A stretch of 64,000 nucleotides of DNA from an uncultured delta proteobacterium (GCA_963715335.1 CAVQRZ010000023.1:32001-96000), one strand, 5' to 3'. Positions 1 through 10,426 are shown, counted from the first letter of the stretch. Notes: generated from the sequence alone by a model not told the origin. Numbers and translations: made by a program.

Positions 1-184
1 GGCGATCGGCATCAGGGTGTGCTGACACATCGGCAAGCCGGGCGACGACGACACCGTCAAGTCCATCGCCATGATGCTCCATGGCATCAACTTCAAGGCC
101 GACCATGGTCAGACGATGGGAAAGATCATCGGCTGAAAGGTCAAAATCAACATAATCCTTGAGCCAGTTCAAGGTGACTTTCAT
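1..184 (-). CDS. pheT: Phenylalanine-tRNA ligase beta subunit, 5' part (runs off the window)
   Basis: Manual translation from ATG 184 gives MKVTLNWLKDYVDFDLSADDLSHRLTMVGLEVD; lies downstream of pheS. Confidence 0.95.
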   Translation of the reverse strand, partial: MKVTLNWLKDYVDFDLSADDLSHRLTMVGLEVDAMEHHGDGLDGVVVARLADVSAHPDADR

Positions 185-253
185 ACTTCAAGTCCTTTGT
201 TATATAACTCTATGTAAATAGTTAATAGTGAATGGTAAAAATGAAATGCAACA

Positions 254-300
254 ACCAGCCCCAAGCCCCCAGCCTCCAGCTTCCGAATCCAACCCAGCCG
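254..300. repeat. Degenerate 7-mer tandem repeat (CCCAGCC-like)
   Basis: accagcc ccaagcc cccagcc tccagct tccgaat in the pheS-pheT spacer. Confidence 0.65.
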
Positions 301-306
301 CCGATT

Positions 307-1406
<1,100 letters not shown>

Positions 1407-1417
1407 AGTCTTGGCAA

Positions 1418-1774
1418 TTACTGCAACTGGGTCTTGGCTTTCTCTACAATCGAGCCAAACCCTGTCGGGTCGGTGACAGCCAGCTGGGCAAGAATCTTGC
1501 GGTCGATCCCGATCTCGGCCTGTTTCATACCGTAGATCAGACGGCTGTAAGACAGGCCATTGTCGCGGGCCGCGGCGTTGATCCGGGCAATCCACAGGGC
1601 CCTGAAGTCACGCTTGCGAACACGACGATCGCGGAAAGCGTAATTTAACGCGCGATCAACTGCTTCGGTTGCACTGCGGAACAATTTACTGCGCGCGCCG
1701 CGGTAACCCTTGGCAAGCTTTAATACCTTGTTCCTCCTGCGTCTTGCTTTGAATCCTCTTTTTACTCTTGGCAT
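1418..1774 (-). CDS. rplT: 50S ribosomal protein L20
   Basis: MPRVKRG...[11 protein letters not shown]; operon context. Confidence 0.99.
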   Translation of the reverse strand: MPRVKRGFKARRRRNKVLKLAKGYRGARSKLFRSATEAVDRALNYAFRDRRVRKRDFRALWIARINAAARDNGLSYSRLIYGMKQAEIGIDRKILAQLAVTDPTGFGSIVEKAKTQLQ

Positions 1775-1875
1775 CGCTTTTCTCCTTGAGAGTAGATGTG
1801 CGGATAACCCGCGCCCGGATCTGAAGGGGGAGCCATTATACCCAACAGTTCACGGGTGTGATTGTGCTGCGACCC

Positions 1876-2073
1876 TTAGAGGTAAGGGATCAGGCAGCTG
1901 ATATTCTTGGCGTCAGCCTTGTGGACCTCTGTCGCCTGGCGCAGGTCACGCTTGCGCTTGGTCGATTTCTTGGTCAGGATGTGGCTGGTAAAAGCTTTAT
2001 TCCGGCGGATTTTGCCGGTTCCGCTCTTACGGAAACGCTTGGCTGCGCCACGGTTGGTCTTGATTTTAGGCAT
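1876..2073 (-). CDS. rpmI: 50S ribosomal protein L35
   Basis: [14 protein letters not shown]...HILTKK. Confidence 0.99.
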   Translation of the reverse strand: MPKIKTNRGAAKRFRKSGTGKIRRNKAFTSHILTKKSTKRKRDLRQATEVHKADAKNISCLIPYL

Positions 2074-2127
2074 TGTTCTTCTCCTTAGCTATTGTGCAAA
2101 CTTTACGACTGTTGAAAAGTCGTCATC

Positions 2128-2643
2128 TTATTTTTTGATGGGGCCGATAACCATGCTCATAAAGCGGCCGGACATATTCGGATGACTCTCAACCTGACCG
2201 ATCTCAACCAGGTCTTCGGCCACTCTTGTGAGGATACGGCGACCGAATTCAGGGTGGGTCACTTCACGGCCACGGAACATGATCGTCACTTTGACCTTGT
2301 TGCCCTCCAAGAGGAACCGCTTGGCATTCTTGACCTTGAACTGGTAGTCATGCTCATCTGTTTTAGGCCGCAGCTTGACTTCCTTTAACTCAACCCTGGC
2401 CTGCTTTTTCTTGGCTTCTGCGGCCCGCTTGCTCTGCTGGTACTTGTACTTGCCATAGTCCATGATACGGCAAACCGGCGGGGATGCATTGGGAGAAACT
2501 TCCACAAGGTCGAGACCCTGCTCCCCGGCAGCCTGCAATGCAGCACCTAACTCCATGATACCAAGCTGTCCACCCTCATCATCGATGACACGCACTTCAC
2601 TTGCGCGGATAGACTCGTTGATATTGGTCGTGTCCTTACTTAT
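2128..2643 (-). CDS. infC: Translation initiation factor IF-3, with a non-canonical ATA start
   Basis: IF3 motifs (LDLVEV, PPVCRIMDYGKYKY). The frame extends upstream of the ORF-track start to ATA 2643, preceded by SD AGGAGGT. Confidence 0.95.
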   Translation of the reverse strand: MSKDTTNINESIRASEVRVIDDEGGQLGIMELGAALQAAGEQGLDLVEVSPNASPPVCRIMDYGKYKYQQSKRAAEAKKKQARVELKEVKLRPKTDEHDYQFKVKNAKRFLLEGNKVKVTIMFRGREVTHPEFGRRILTRVAEDLVEIGQVESHPNMSGRFMSMVIGPIKK

Positions 2644-2653
2644 GACGCACCTC

Positions 2654-4570
2654 CTAATGGTACAGTTTGCACTCTTCCTGTATAAAACGAATAAAATCCG
2701 CAGGCTTCATCGGTTCCAGGTTTTCACCGGAGCGATGCCGTGCGGTTACTGTGCCGGCGGCCACTTCCTGGTCGCCAATCACCAGCATATACGGTATTTT
2801 TTCCATCTGGGCCTCACGGATCTTGAAGCCCAATTTTTCATTGCGCAGGTCAGCCTGAACACGGATACCCTCGGCGCGCAGTTCTTCACAAACCTGCTCG
2901 GCATAAGCGGCCTGGCTGTCAGTCACATTGAGGACTTTAACTTGTACCGGTGCAATCCAGAGCGGGAAATTGCCGGCGTGATGTTCGATCAAAACACCGA
3001 CGAAACGTTCAATGGCCCCCAGGATAACCCGGTGGACCATGACCGGCCGGTGCTTCTCGCCGTCACTCCCGATATAGCTGAGGTCAAACCGTTCCGGGAG
3101 AGTAAAATCGCACTGGATTGTAGCACATTGCCACTTCCTGTCAAGAGCGTCCTTAAGCTTGATATCGATCTTCGGGCCGTAGAAAGCGCCGTCGCCTTCA
3201 TTGATTTCATAAGGCAGACCGGTGTCATCGAGGGCACTTTTCAGCGCGTGGGTGGCACGCTCCCAATCCTCATCGGAGCCGATGGCTTTCTCCGGACGGG
3301 TTGATATCTCCAGTTCATACTCAAAACCAAAGATGCCCATGACGTCGCGGACAAAACCGAGGACCTTCTTGATTTCGCCGTCAAGCTGCTCTGGCATGCA
3401 GAGAATGTGGGCATCATCCTGGGTAAATCCGCGTACGCGCAGCAGGCCGTGAAGCACCCCGCTCTTCTCGTGGCGGTGGACTGTACCCAGCTCGAAATAA
3501 CGCTGCGGCAGGTCGCGATATGAGCGCTTCTTGGATTTGAAGATCAGCATATGGGCCAGGCAGTTCATCGGCTTGATCCCATAGCTCTGCTCGTCGACTT
3601 CCGTGAAGTACATGTTTTCACGATAGTTGTCGAAATGCCCCGAGGTCTTCCACAGTTCGGTACGCAGAATCTGCGGACCCATGACAATGTCGTAGCCGCG
3701 CTTGAGATGCTCCCGCCTTTCGAAATCTTCGATAATGGTACGGAGCAAGGCCCCTTTCGGGTGCCAGATCACCAGGCCAGCGCCAGCCTCATCGTTGAAA
3801 GAGAAGAGGTCCAGCTCCCGGCCAAGCTTGCGGTGATCACGCTTTTTTGCCTCTTCGAGACGATGCAGGTGCTGTTTCAGTTCCTTCTTGTCGGTGAACG
3901 CCGTCGCATAGATACGCTGCAGCATGGCGTTCTTTTCGTCACCACGCCAGTAGGCACCGGCAACGCTGGTCAACTTGAAAACTTTCAACATCCCGGTGGA
4001 CGGGATATGCGGGCCGCGGCAAAGATCAACGAATGTTCCTTGACGATAAAGAGTGACTTCCTCTTCACCAAGATCCTCGATCAGCTCGACCTTGTAATCT
4101 TCACCCAGCTCCCGAAACAATTTGATGGCTTCGGCGCTCTTCACGACCTGGCGCTCGATCGGCAAGTTCTGGTTAGCCAACTCGGCCATCTTCTGCTCGA
4201 TCCTGTCGAACTCTTCCGGGCTGAAAGTATGGGTATCACTGAAGAAATCGTAATAGAAGCCAGACTCGATCGCCGGGCCGATAGTAACCTGGACCTCGCG
4301 GCCGAAAAGTTCTTTCACTGCATGTGCCATCAGGTGGGCAGTCGAGTGACGGTAGAGTTTCAACCCTTCAGGAGTATTCAGCGTCACCAGGCGCAACCGG
4401 ACATCAGACTCAATCGGCCGGCAAGCATCGACGAGATCCTCACCAAAGTATGCTGCAACAGTCTGGCGCGCCAGACCCTCACCGATTGAACGTGCAACAT
4501 CCAGCGGAGTCGTCCCAAACGGGACTTCCTTAACCGCACCATCGGGCAATGTTACATTCAGCATTGACAT
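2654..4570 (-). CDS. thrS: Threonine-tRNA ligase
   Basis: TGS N-terminus, [31 protein letters not shown]. Confidence 0.99.
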   Translation of the reverse strand: MSMLNVTLPDGAVKEVPFGTTPLDVARSIGEGLARQTVAAYFGEDLVDACRPIESDVRLRLVTLNTPEGLKLYRHSTAHLMAHAVKELFGREVQVTIGPAIESGFYYDFFSDTHTFSPEEFDRIEQKMAELANQNLPIERQVVKSAEAIKLFRELGEDYKVELIEDLGEEEVTLYRQGTFVDLCRGPHIPSTGMLKVFKLTSVAGAYWRGDEKNAMLQRIYATAFTDKKELKQHLHRLEEAKKRDHRKLGRELDLFSFNDEAGAGLVIWHPKGALLRTIIEDFERREHLKRGYDIVMGPQILRTELWKTSGHFDNYRENMYFTEVDEQSYGIKPMNCLAHMLIFKSKKRSYRDLPQRYFELGTVHRHEKSGVLHGLLRVRGFTQDDAHILCMPEQLDGEIKKVLGFVRDVMGIFGFEYELEISTRPEKAIGSDEDWERATHALKSALDDTGLPYEINEGDGAFYGPKIDIKLKDALDRKWQCATIQCDFTLPERFDLSYIGSDGEKHRPVMVHRVILGAIERFVGVLIEHHAGNFPLWIAPVQVKVLNVTDSQAAYAEQVCEELRAEGIRVQADLRNEKLGFKIREAQMEKIPYMLVIGDQEVAAGTVTARHRSGENLEPMKPADFIRFIQEECKLYH

Positions 4571-4586
4571 GATCGTTATCCCTAAC

Positions 4587-4612
4587 GAAAAGAGGCATCC
4601 ACGGATGCCTCT
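4587..4612 (-). promoter_or_regulatory. Hairpin in the thrS leader (terminator for tRNA-Val and/or ThrRS operator)
   Basis: AGAGGCATC-CGTG-GATGCCTCT followed by TTT; CGU at -33..-31 from the thrS AUG. Confidence 0.6.
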
Positions 4613-4633
4613 ACGAGATTTGGGCGAAGATTA

Positions 4634-4708
<75 letters not shown>

Positions 4709-4932
4709 GCACCCAAAATGCCGGATACATTTAACAAAGGCGGCAGACTCTGTCAAGCCTTTTTATGCGCAATTTCCGCTATTTGTTAAACATTCATGGC
4801 ACCGACACAAATACTTTAACACAGCAACACAGGACTGTGTTGGCGCGGTCAGTGAGACAACGCTCCCGGCACGCGCAGCAGAGAGAATATCCTGATCCAG
4901 GCGTTGCCGGGGAAAAGGCCTGTCGTAATCAG

Positions 4933-4970
4933 AAAAAGGGCCTTGCAGAATGTGCTGCAAGGCCCCTTTT
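4933..4970. terminator. Intrinsic terminator downstream of tRNA-Val(CAC)
   Basis: aaaaagggccttgcag...ctgcaaggcccctttt. Confidence 0.8.
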
Positions 4971-4974
4971 GAAC

Positions 4975-5049
4975 TGGTGCAGGTAGTTGGGATTGAACCA
5001 ACGACCCCTCGCGTGTGAGGCGAGTGCTCTCCCGCTGAGCTATACCTGC
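4975..5049 (-). tRNA. tRNA-Val(CAC)
   Basis: 75-nt cloverleaf, anticodon arm CTCGC-CTCACAC-GCGAG, encoded CCA. Confidence 0.95.
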
Positions 5050-5135
5050 GTTTTCTCCTGCAAATCCGCTGGAGAGGAGAATTTTTATAACAGTAAGGGC
5101 GATGGAGTGTCAAGCCGTAAGCTGGGCCTGGACCG

Positions 5136-5714
5136 TCAGGGCAAAATCGAGGGCCTGTGTCCCTTCAGACATCTCATGTGGCTCTCAGTATCCCTGATGA
5201 AGATCCTGCGGGCGATGCGGAAACCGGGTTCGGTGACCATATGCTCCTGCAGAAGGCTCTCGATCTGCGCTTCACTCTTTGCGGGCAAAACTTCAGCGAA
5301 ATTGACCAGGGCGTCTGCATCCCAGATTACACGAAACTCGGGTGAGTCAAGACCATTGCGGGTGTGGTGACTGGCGACGATTGCGGCGACCTGATCCGTA
5401 ACAGCCTCCCCTGCACCCAGATTGGCCAGGATCTCCCTCGCGATCGGCGGGCCTTCGATCTCCTGCCACCGGCCCGAATTGGAACCATGCTTGCGTTCCG
5501 CCTCGTGGATGCCTATATCATGCAGATAAGCAGCAGCCAGGGTTATGACCGGGTCGGCGTCAACGTAAGCCAACAGCTCCTCTGCATAGAGAGACACCTG
5601 CAGAGCATGGTCGATGCGCCTCTGGTCAGCACCGAAATAGTCTTGCATGGCAGTTCTGGCTCGTGCCAGAAAAGCTTTCTGATCTGTATCCATTTTGACA
5701 ACAATATTGAACAT
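5136..5714 (-). CDS. HD-domain metal-dependent phosphohydrolase
   Basis: H...LHDIG...HH...DAD motif set. Confidence 0.85.
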   Translation of the reverse strand: MFNIVVKMDTDQKAFLARARTAMQDYFGADQRRIDHALQVSLYAEELLAYVDADPVITLAAAYLHDIGIHEAERKHGSNSGRWQEIEGPPIAREILANLGAGEAVTDQVAAIVASHHTRNGLDSPEFRVIWDADALVNFAEVLPAKSEAQIESLLQEHMVTEPGFRIARRIFIRDTESHMRCLKGHRPSILP

Positions 5715-5819
5715 TCCTCAGCTCGAAAAGAGTTATGGGGACACAATACGTATTGTGTCCCCATAGATCAAGCCTTGTGAATAATCTTGTTGCCTCTCAA
5801 TTTTTCGCGACACACGATT

Positions 5820-6599
5820 TTACTTTCTGTCGCCACGGATGCCGATACAGACTGTTTCCAAAGGAATATCGCGACCACTCTTTTCAATCGCCTGCCGGGC
5901 CATGAAGATCAGGCCATTGCAACAAGGGACCTCCATGTGGACAACGGTCAGGCTCTTGATGTTGCTTTGCGTGATCATGGCCACCAGCTTGTCAACATAA
6001 GGCTCCGTGTTGTCGAGCTTCGGGCAGGCAATGGCCAGGGCCTTGCCTTTGAGTAGATCTTCCTGGAAATCGGCATAGGCAAAAGGAGCGCAGTCGGCGG
6101 CCAGGACCACGTCGGCATTCTGAAAAAAGGGCGCGGTCGGAGGCAGCAGGTGCAGCTGGATCGGCCATTGGGCAAGGCGTGAGGGCCTGGAGCCGACTGC
6201 CTCAGCACCTTCTTCTCGCGGTGCGTTGAAATTCATGGTTCTTGCAGAAGGGCATCCGCCGCCGGCAGCCGGAACGGCAAAGTTTTTCACGGCAGCCGAG
6301 GGGCAGCCGCCGCCGGCCGGTGGGGCCGGTTTGTGCTGATGCGGTTGTGGCTCACGACCGATCTGCTTGAGATGATCCTCGACAGCAGCCTCATCAAATT
6401 CATCCGCATCGCGTTCTTCTATGGTGATGGCGTCGAGCGGGCAGTCCCCGAGGCATGCGCCGAGACCGTCACAGAGGTTGTCAGCGAGCAGCCTTGCCTT
6501 GCCGTCGATAATCTGGATAGCCCCTTCCGCGCAGGACGGGACACAGAGGCCGCAACCGTTGCACTTCTCTTCATCAATCTTGACCATTTTGCGTTTCAT
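5820..6599 (-). CDS. 4Fe-4S binding (ferredoxin-like) protein
   Basis: CNGCGLCVPSC and CDGLGACLGDCP; C-terminal WPIQL, ADC, CPKLD, MEVPCC; duplicated GGGCPSA linker. Confidence 0.9.
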   Translation of the reverse strand: MKRKMVKIDEEKCNGCGLCVPSCAEGAIQIIDGKARLLADNLCDGLGACLGDCPLDAITIEERDADEFDEAAVEDHLKQIGREPQPHQHKPAPPAGGGCPSAAVKNFAVPAAGGGCPSARTMNFNAPREEGAEAVGSRPSRLAQWPIQLHLLPPTAPFFQNADVVLAADCAPFAYADFQEDLLKGKALAIACPKLDNTEPYVDKLVAMITQSNIKSLTVVHMEVPCCNGLIFMARQAIEKSGRDIPLETVCIGIRGDRK

Positions 6600-6676
6600 G
6601 GTGACAACTCCTTATGAAAATTATCAGTAATGCGTATCGTTGAGGCCTAATTTACCGGCATACGGCTCCGTCTGCC

Positions 6677-6690
6677 TTGACCGGGGTCAA
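6677..6690. promoter_or_regulatory. FNR-like (HcpR-type) palindromic operator
   Basis: TTGAC-CGGG-GTCAA upstream of the Fe-S gene, close to a Crp/Fnr gene. Confidence 0.75.
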
Positions 6691-6693
6691 GCA

Positions 6694-7062
6694 TCAGAAA
6701 AAATAGTGCCAGAGCAGATCCAGCCGGCCGCGCCTGATCAGGTATTGACCGGAGAAGCGCATGACCTCCCGCACCTTCTGTCTGTATTCCGGCTTATAGC
6801 AGTGCACGGGGCAGTGTTTGCAGACAGGTTTTTCCTCCAGCGGGCAGCGTAACCGGCGCTCGAAAGCATACAAAAGGAATTCCCGGCACTCATCGCAGAC
6901 CGGAAACCTGCCCAGCGGCAGACGCTGGATTTCAGGCTCGTCAGCCGACACGACCGACTTGCGCCCGCCGTGCTTGACCTTGCAGTAGACCGCGGTGAAC
7001 TGCAAAAGGACCCTGAGATCCTTGAGTTCCTTGCGGGAGAGTGGTTGCGTTGAATCTTCCAT
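6694..7062 (-). CDS. YgbA-like (nitrous oxide-stimulated promoter family) protein
   Basis: YC...H, CxEC, RLRCP...KPVCKHCPVHCYKP...VMRFSG. Confidence 0.9.
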   Translation of the reverse strand: MEDSTQPLSRKELKDLRVLLQFTAVYCKVKHGGRKSVVSADEPEIQRLPLGRFPVCDECREFLLYAFERRLRCPLEEKPVCKHCPVHCYKPEYRQKVREVMRFSGQYLIRRGRLDLLWHYFF

Positions 7063-7085
7063 ATCATTTACTTACTGCAAATTTT

Positions 7086-7763
7086 TCAACTTTCCTTGCA
7101 TTTGTCCGCGAGCTCTTCGAGACGATCGAAATCGATAATTTCGACGGTCCTTCCTGCGACCGCAATCAAATCATCTTCAGAGAGCTTGCGTAAGGTCCGG
7201 GAAAGGGTTTCACTGACGGTGCCGAGGTTTGAGGCCAGTTGGCTTTTCGAAATCGGCAGATCAACAGACCGTTTTGTCCCACGGGAGAGGTCCATAAGAT
7301 AACGGGCCAATCGCGAGGGTACGTCCTTGAAGGTCAGGTCTTCAATCTGGTTGGCAAACTGACGCAGAAACCTTGACAGCCCGGCGATCATGTTGATCGA
7401 GATCCTGCTGTTATCCCGCAACAGGGCGAGAAAAGCATCCTTGGGCAAAAAAAGCAGTTTTGATACTTGCAGCGGTTCGGCATAGGCCGGGTAAAGCCCT
7501 TCAGCAAAAATTGCCGCCTCCGCAAAAGTCCCGCCCGGCTGAATAACATGCAGGATCCGCTCTTTGCCTTCCGGAGAGAGCTTGTAGACTTTCACCCTGC
7601 CATCCAGCACAATAAAAAACCCCTCTGCCGGCTCTCCCTCGGAAAACAGCAGCTCGCCCCGGGGGTGTTCATTGATCCGGACAATCCCCATCAAGTCATC
7701 GAGGTCCGTCTCACCAAGGCCGGCAAACAGAGGGACGTTCTTCAGTATTTCACGATAATTCAT
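7086..7763 (-). CDS. Crp/Fnr family regulator (HcpR-like)
   Basis: cNMP-type N domain and HTH LASNLGTVSETLSR; no FNR cysteines. Confidence 0.9.
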   Translation of the reverse strand: MNYREILKNVPLFAGLGETDLDDLMGIVRINEHPRGELLFSEGEPAEGFFIVLDGRVKVYKLSPEGKERILHVIQPGGTFAEAAIFAEGLYPAYAEPLQVSKLLFLPKDAFLALLRDNSRISINMIAGLSRFLRQFANQIEDLTFKDVPSRLARYLMDLSRGTKRSVDLPISKSQLASNLGTVSETLSRTLRKLSEDDLIAVAGRTVEIIDFDRLEELADKCKES

Positions 7764-7909
7764 ATTCCACCCCAGCTAAAAGACTGTAATCACATGGCAA
7801 TCTCATAAGTCGCAGACTTTTTTGTTCGTCATTATATATAGCATATCGTGAAAATCCTGACAAAACTGATAATATTTATCCAAACCCGAACAAGTCCCTG
7901 GAGGAACCC

Positions 7910-8386
7910 ATGAGAATTCTAGCTATCACAATCTTTGCCTGCATCGTCCTCGGAGGACAACTCCAACCGGCAAAAGCCCAGGATGATGCAGAAGCACTGT
8001 CCGGACTGACTTCGGTCCAGGCCGTATATGATATCCGGGCCAAGGATGAGGAAACCCTGCAATTCATCTTTACGGTGATTCGCGACACTTATGATGAAAC
8101 CGTACAGCAGAACGTCAAGGCGCACTACGTTGCCAGCATGCGCGGCCCCACGGTCAAATTGCTGGTTCGAAGTCGCCAGGGGGACGCTGGATTACAGCAG
8201 AAGACCACCAACCTGCTCAAGGAGTTGAACCAGCGAGGGGTCCGCCTGGAAGCCTGTGGCTATGCGCTCAACCTGTTCGGCGTCGAACCGGAGGACCTCT
8301 ATGACGGGGTCGTTACAGTCGGCAACAGCCTCAATTCATTGATTGGCTACCAGAACAAAGGGTATTCGCTGGTCGTTATGAATTAA
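7910..8386 (+). CDS. Secreted DsrE/DsrF-like protein
   Basis: Signal peptide; GVRLEACGYAL...YQNKGYS; SD GAGG. Confidence 0.75.
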   Translation: MRILAITIFACIVLGGQLQPAKAQDDAEALSGLTSVQAVYDIRAKDEETLQFIFTVIRDTYDETVQQNVKAHYVASMRGPTVKLLVRSRQGDAGLQQKTTNLLKELNQRGVRLEACGYALNLFGVEPEDLYDGVVTVGNSLNSLIGYQNKGYSLVVMN

Positions 8387-8390
8387 GCAC

Positions 8391-9027
8391 CGGGACGCGA
8401 GTTAATCTGTTGCCCTTGATTGATGTCCTCTGTGATTTAAAGACAAAAGCAAGACCGGCGGGTCGCGTCCCTCCGGTCTTGCTTTTATCATCTAAAATTA
8501 AAAACAAAGCAGAACCCGGGGGTCGCGCCCCCCGACTGCGCCTTACTCTTTTGCTAGCCCAAAAGAGTAAGAGAAAAGGGCCTGCGCTGCGCTGGGCATG
8601 TCTGGCTCGGAGTAGCGGCAACCTCAATCCGGATACTTCTAAACGATCAGGAGCCTACGCTTCCCCCGCAGGAGCCGAGGCTCTTGAGAGCCTCTCCTGC
8701 TGTGAAGACTTGGTAGGTAGGGGATGTTTTGGCTTTTCCCCTGTAAGTCGCACGGCAAGGTCAGGCCCTTTAACACAGGGCCGGATCCCCAGTACAGCAG
8801 GTTCTTGACGTCACAGAAATCCGGCCAAGGAGATGCCCTCCGCAAGGAGAAGGCACTTTTGCATACTTTTGTTGCCGGACAAAAGTATGGCGTCGGGCGG
8901 GACGCGACCCGCCGGTTTTAGTCTTAAGAATCCGATTTTACTCTTAGACATAAAGGATGAGGGCAACAGATGAACCATCTGTTGCACGCTCTATCATAAA
9001 TTCCGGCTGAACCTTGTCAGCACCCTG
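8391..9027 (-). mobile_element. Composite non-coding repeat, copy A (inverted relative to copies C and D; left end rearranged)
   Basis: Aligns in reverse complement with 15736-16373 and 32790-33381; hairpin at 8961-8985, half hairpin at 8401-8415, end TTGTCAGCACCCTG. Confidence 0.9.
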
Positions 9028-9047
9028 CGAAACACGCTCCGCAGCCT

Positions 9048-9074
9048 GATTCAACGGGCAAAGCCCGTTGAATC
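9048..9074. terminator. Perfect hairpin at the yciH 3' end
   Basis: gattcaacgggc-aaa-gcccgttgaatc. Confidence 0.6.
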
Positions 9075-9438
9075 ACCCCCCGGCCTTTTTGACCGGCCAA
9101 CCTTTCGCCTGGAGCAGTTCGATCAGGGTATCGCGATGATCGCCCTGGATCTCGATAACGCCGTCTTTGAGGGTGCCGCCGGTACCGCACTTCTGTTTGA
9201 GCTCTTTAGCCAGCAGCTTCAGCTGATCGACGGGCAGCGGCACACCGGTCACCAGGGTCACGCCCTTCCCCTTGCGGCCCTTGGTCTCGCGCCCGACGCG
9301 TACGATGCCATCACTTTTAGCTTCCGGTTGCTTCTGCTTTTGCGCGCCACAGCCACAGTGTTCAAAATATTTTTTGCATTTCGGGCAGATCCGTCCTGAT
9401 TCAGTGGAATAGACCAGCCTTGAATCGGTCTTGCGCAT
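9073..9438 (-). CDS. yciH: Translation initiation factor SUI1/YciH
   Basis: LVYST, RETKGRKGKGVT, CGTGGT, IEIQGDHR; start placed at ATG 9438. Confidence 0.93.
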   Translation of the reverse strand: MRKTDSRLVYSTESGRICPKCKKYFEHCGCGAQKQKQPEAKSDGIVRVGRETKGRKGKGVTLVTGVPLPVDQLKLLAKELKQKCGTGGTLKDGVIEIQGDHRDTLIELLQAKGWPVKKAGG

Positions 9439-9441
9439 TTT

Positions 9442-9491
9442 TCTTCCCTCTTCCCCTAGCATCCAGCCTCCAAACCCCATCCCCCAGCCCT
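9442..9491. repeat. Degenerate 7-mer tandem repeat
   Basis: tcttccc tcttccc, then cctagca tccagcc tccaaac cccatcc cccagcc. Confidence 0.65.
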
Positions 9492-10346
9492 CTACCGCTT
9501 TTCCCTGCGCAGCAGGTGTCTTATCCCGTACCAAAGCAACATGACCATGGCAATCAATGGCAACGCCGGGATAAACAGGCCGGTCACCTGGGCCAACATG
9601 TTGGCGATGAACAGGGCCACCACCGAGACCGGCAGATAAGCGCCGATCCGCCCGCGTCGCGCCAGGGATTCGCCGGTGCTGCCGAGCAGGTTGTCATTAA
9701 CGTCATGCTGCCGGGCAACAAGGGCGAAAAAAACCACCATGATCCAGTCCGAGATGCCGAAGACCGGAGCCAGGTTGACAGAACCGGGGAAAGCCAGCTT
9801 GACCAGAATCATATCGATCAGTGGCGGTGGGCCCTCGAGGGTTCGGTAATAATGTTCGATCTGTCCGACGAAGCCGGACGTCGGGCCTTTGAGCCAGCTG
9901 ACAAAGTCAGCCAGCGTCATGACGATACAGACCGGCACGATCTCCCAGAGCCTCTTCACGTAGCGGGCCAGCGCCGCGCCGACAATTGTTGCAACCAGCA
10001 GCAGCACGGCCGACTTGAGGGCCCAGAAGACGACCTGCCACGAATCCGAATAAGTAAGTTGGTTGACCAGCCAGAGCAGCAAGATCAGCGCACCGCTCCA
10101 GAACAGGTAAAAGCCGCGTGACCTGTCTTCAGGATGGAGCAGAAGCGCGGGGAGGATAAGCTGGGCCGCGGCGTAGAGCTGGACCAGCAGGAACACTGCG
10201 GACCAAATCGCCAGATCTGAGTCGATCAGCTGTCCGGTTGACCAGAGGCCGACTATCGCGCAGCTCCAGACCAGATGACTGGCAACCAGCAGAGCAATCA
10301 GCCGCCAGTTTGATTGATTGAAAGAGAAGAGGGATTGTAGCGACAT
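9492..10346 (-). CDS. Multi-pass membrane protein, possible presenilin/SPP-like aspartyl protease
   Basis: About 9 hydrophobic segments; LADF, FGISD and PALP motifs; start placed at ATG 10346. Confidence 0.7.
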   Translation of the reverse strand: MSLQSLFSFNQSNWRLIALLVASHLVWSCAIVGLWSTGQLIDSDLAIWSAVFLLVQLYAAAQLILPALLLHPEDRSRGFYLFWSGALILLLWLVNQLTYSDSWQVVFWALKSAVLLLVATIVGAALARYVKRLWEIVPVCIVMTLADFVSWLKGPTSGFVGQIEHYYRTLEGPPPLIDMILVKLAFPGSVNLAPVFGISDWIMVVFFALVARQHDVNDNLLGSTGESLARRGRIGAYLPVSVVALFIANMLAQVTGLFIPALPLIAMVMLLWYGIRHLLRREKR

Positions 10347-10387
10347 GGGCCCATTATGCCTTGACGACTCCGGGAGATAAAGAAAAA

Positions 10388-10419
10388 CAAAAAGCCGCAA
10401 CCAGTCGGTTGCGGCTTTG
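10388..10419 (-). terminator. Terminator downstream of tRNA-Leu
   Basis: aaagccgcaacc-agtc-ggttgcggcttt with a T-run on the minus strand. Confidence 0.8.
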
Positions 10420-10426
10420 TATTATG

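Noticed and set aside
4709..5135. Integrative element at the tRNA-Val or tRNA-Leu genes
   Set aside because: No integrase and no duplicated tRNA 3' end found in the window.
8376..8921. Short ORFs inside the repeat copies (also 15722-16511, 32869-33321, 13806-14142)
   Set aside because: Starts, stops and frames differ between copies and there is no transposase motif; these are translation shadows of the hairpin repeat.
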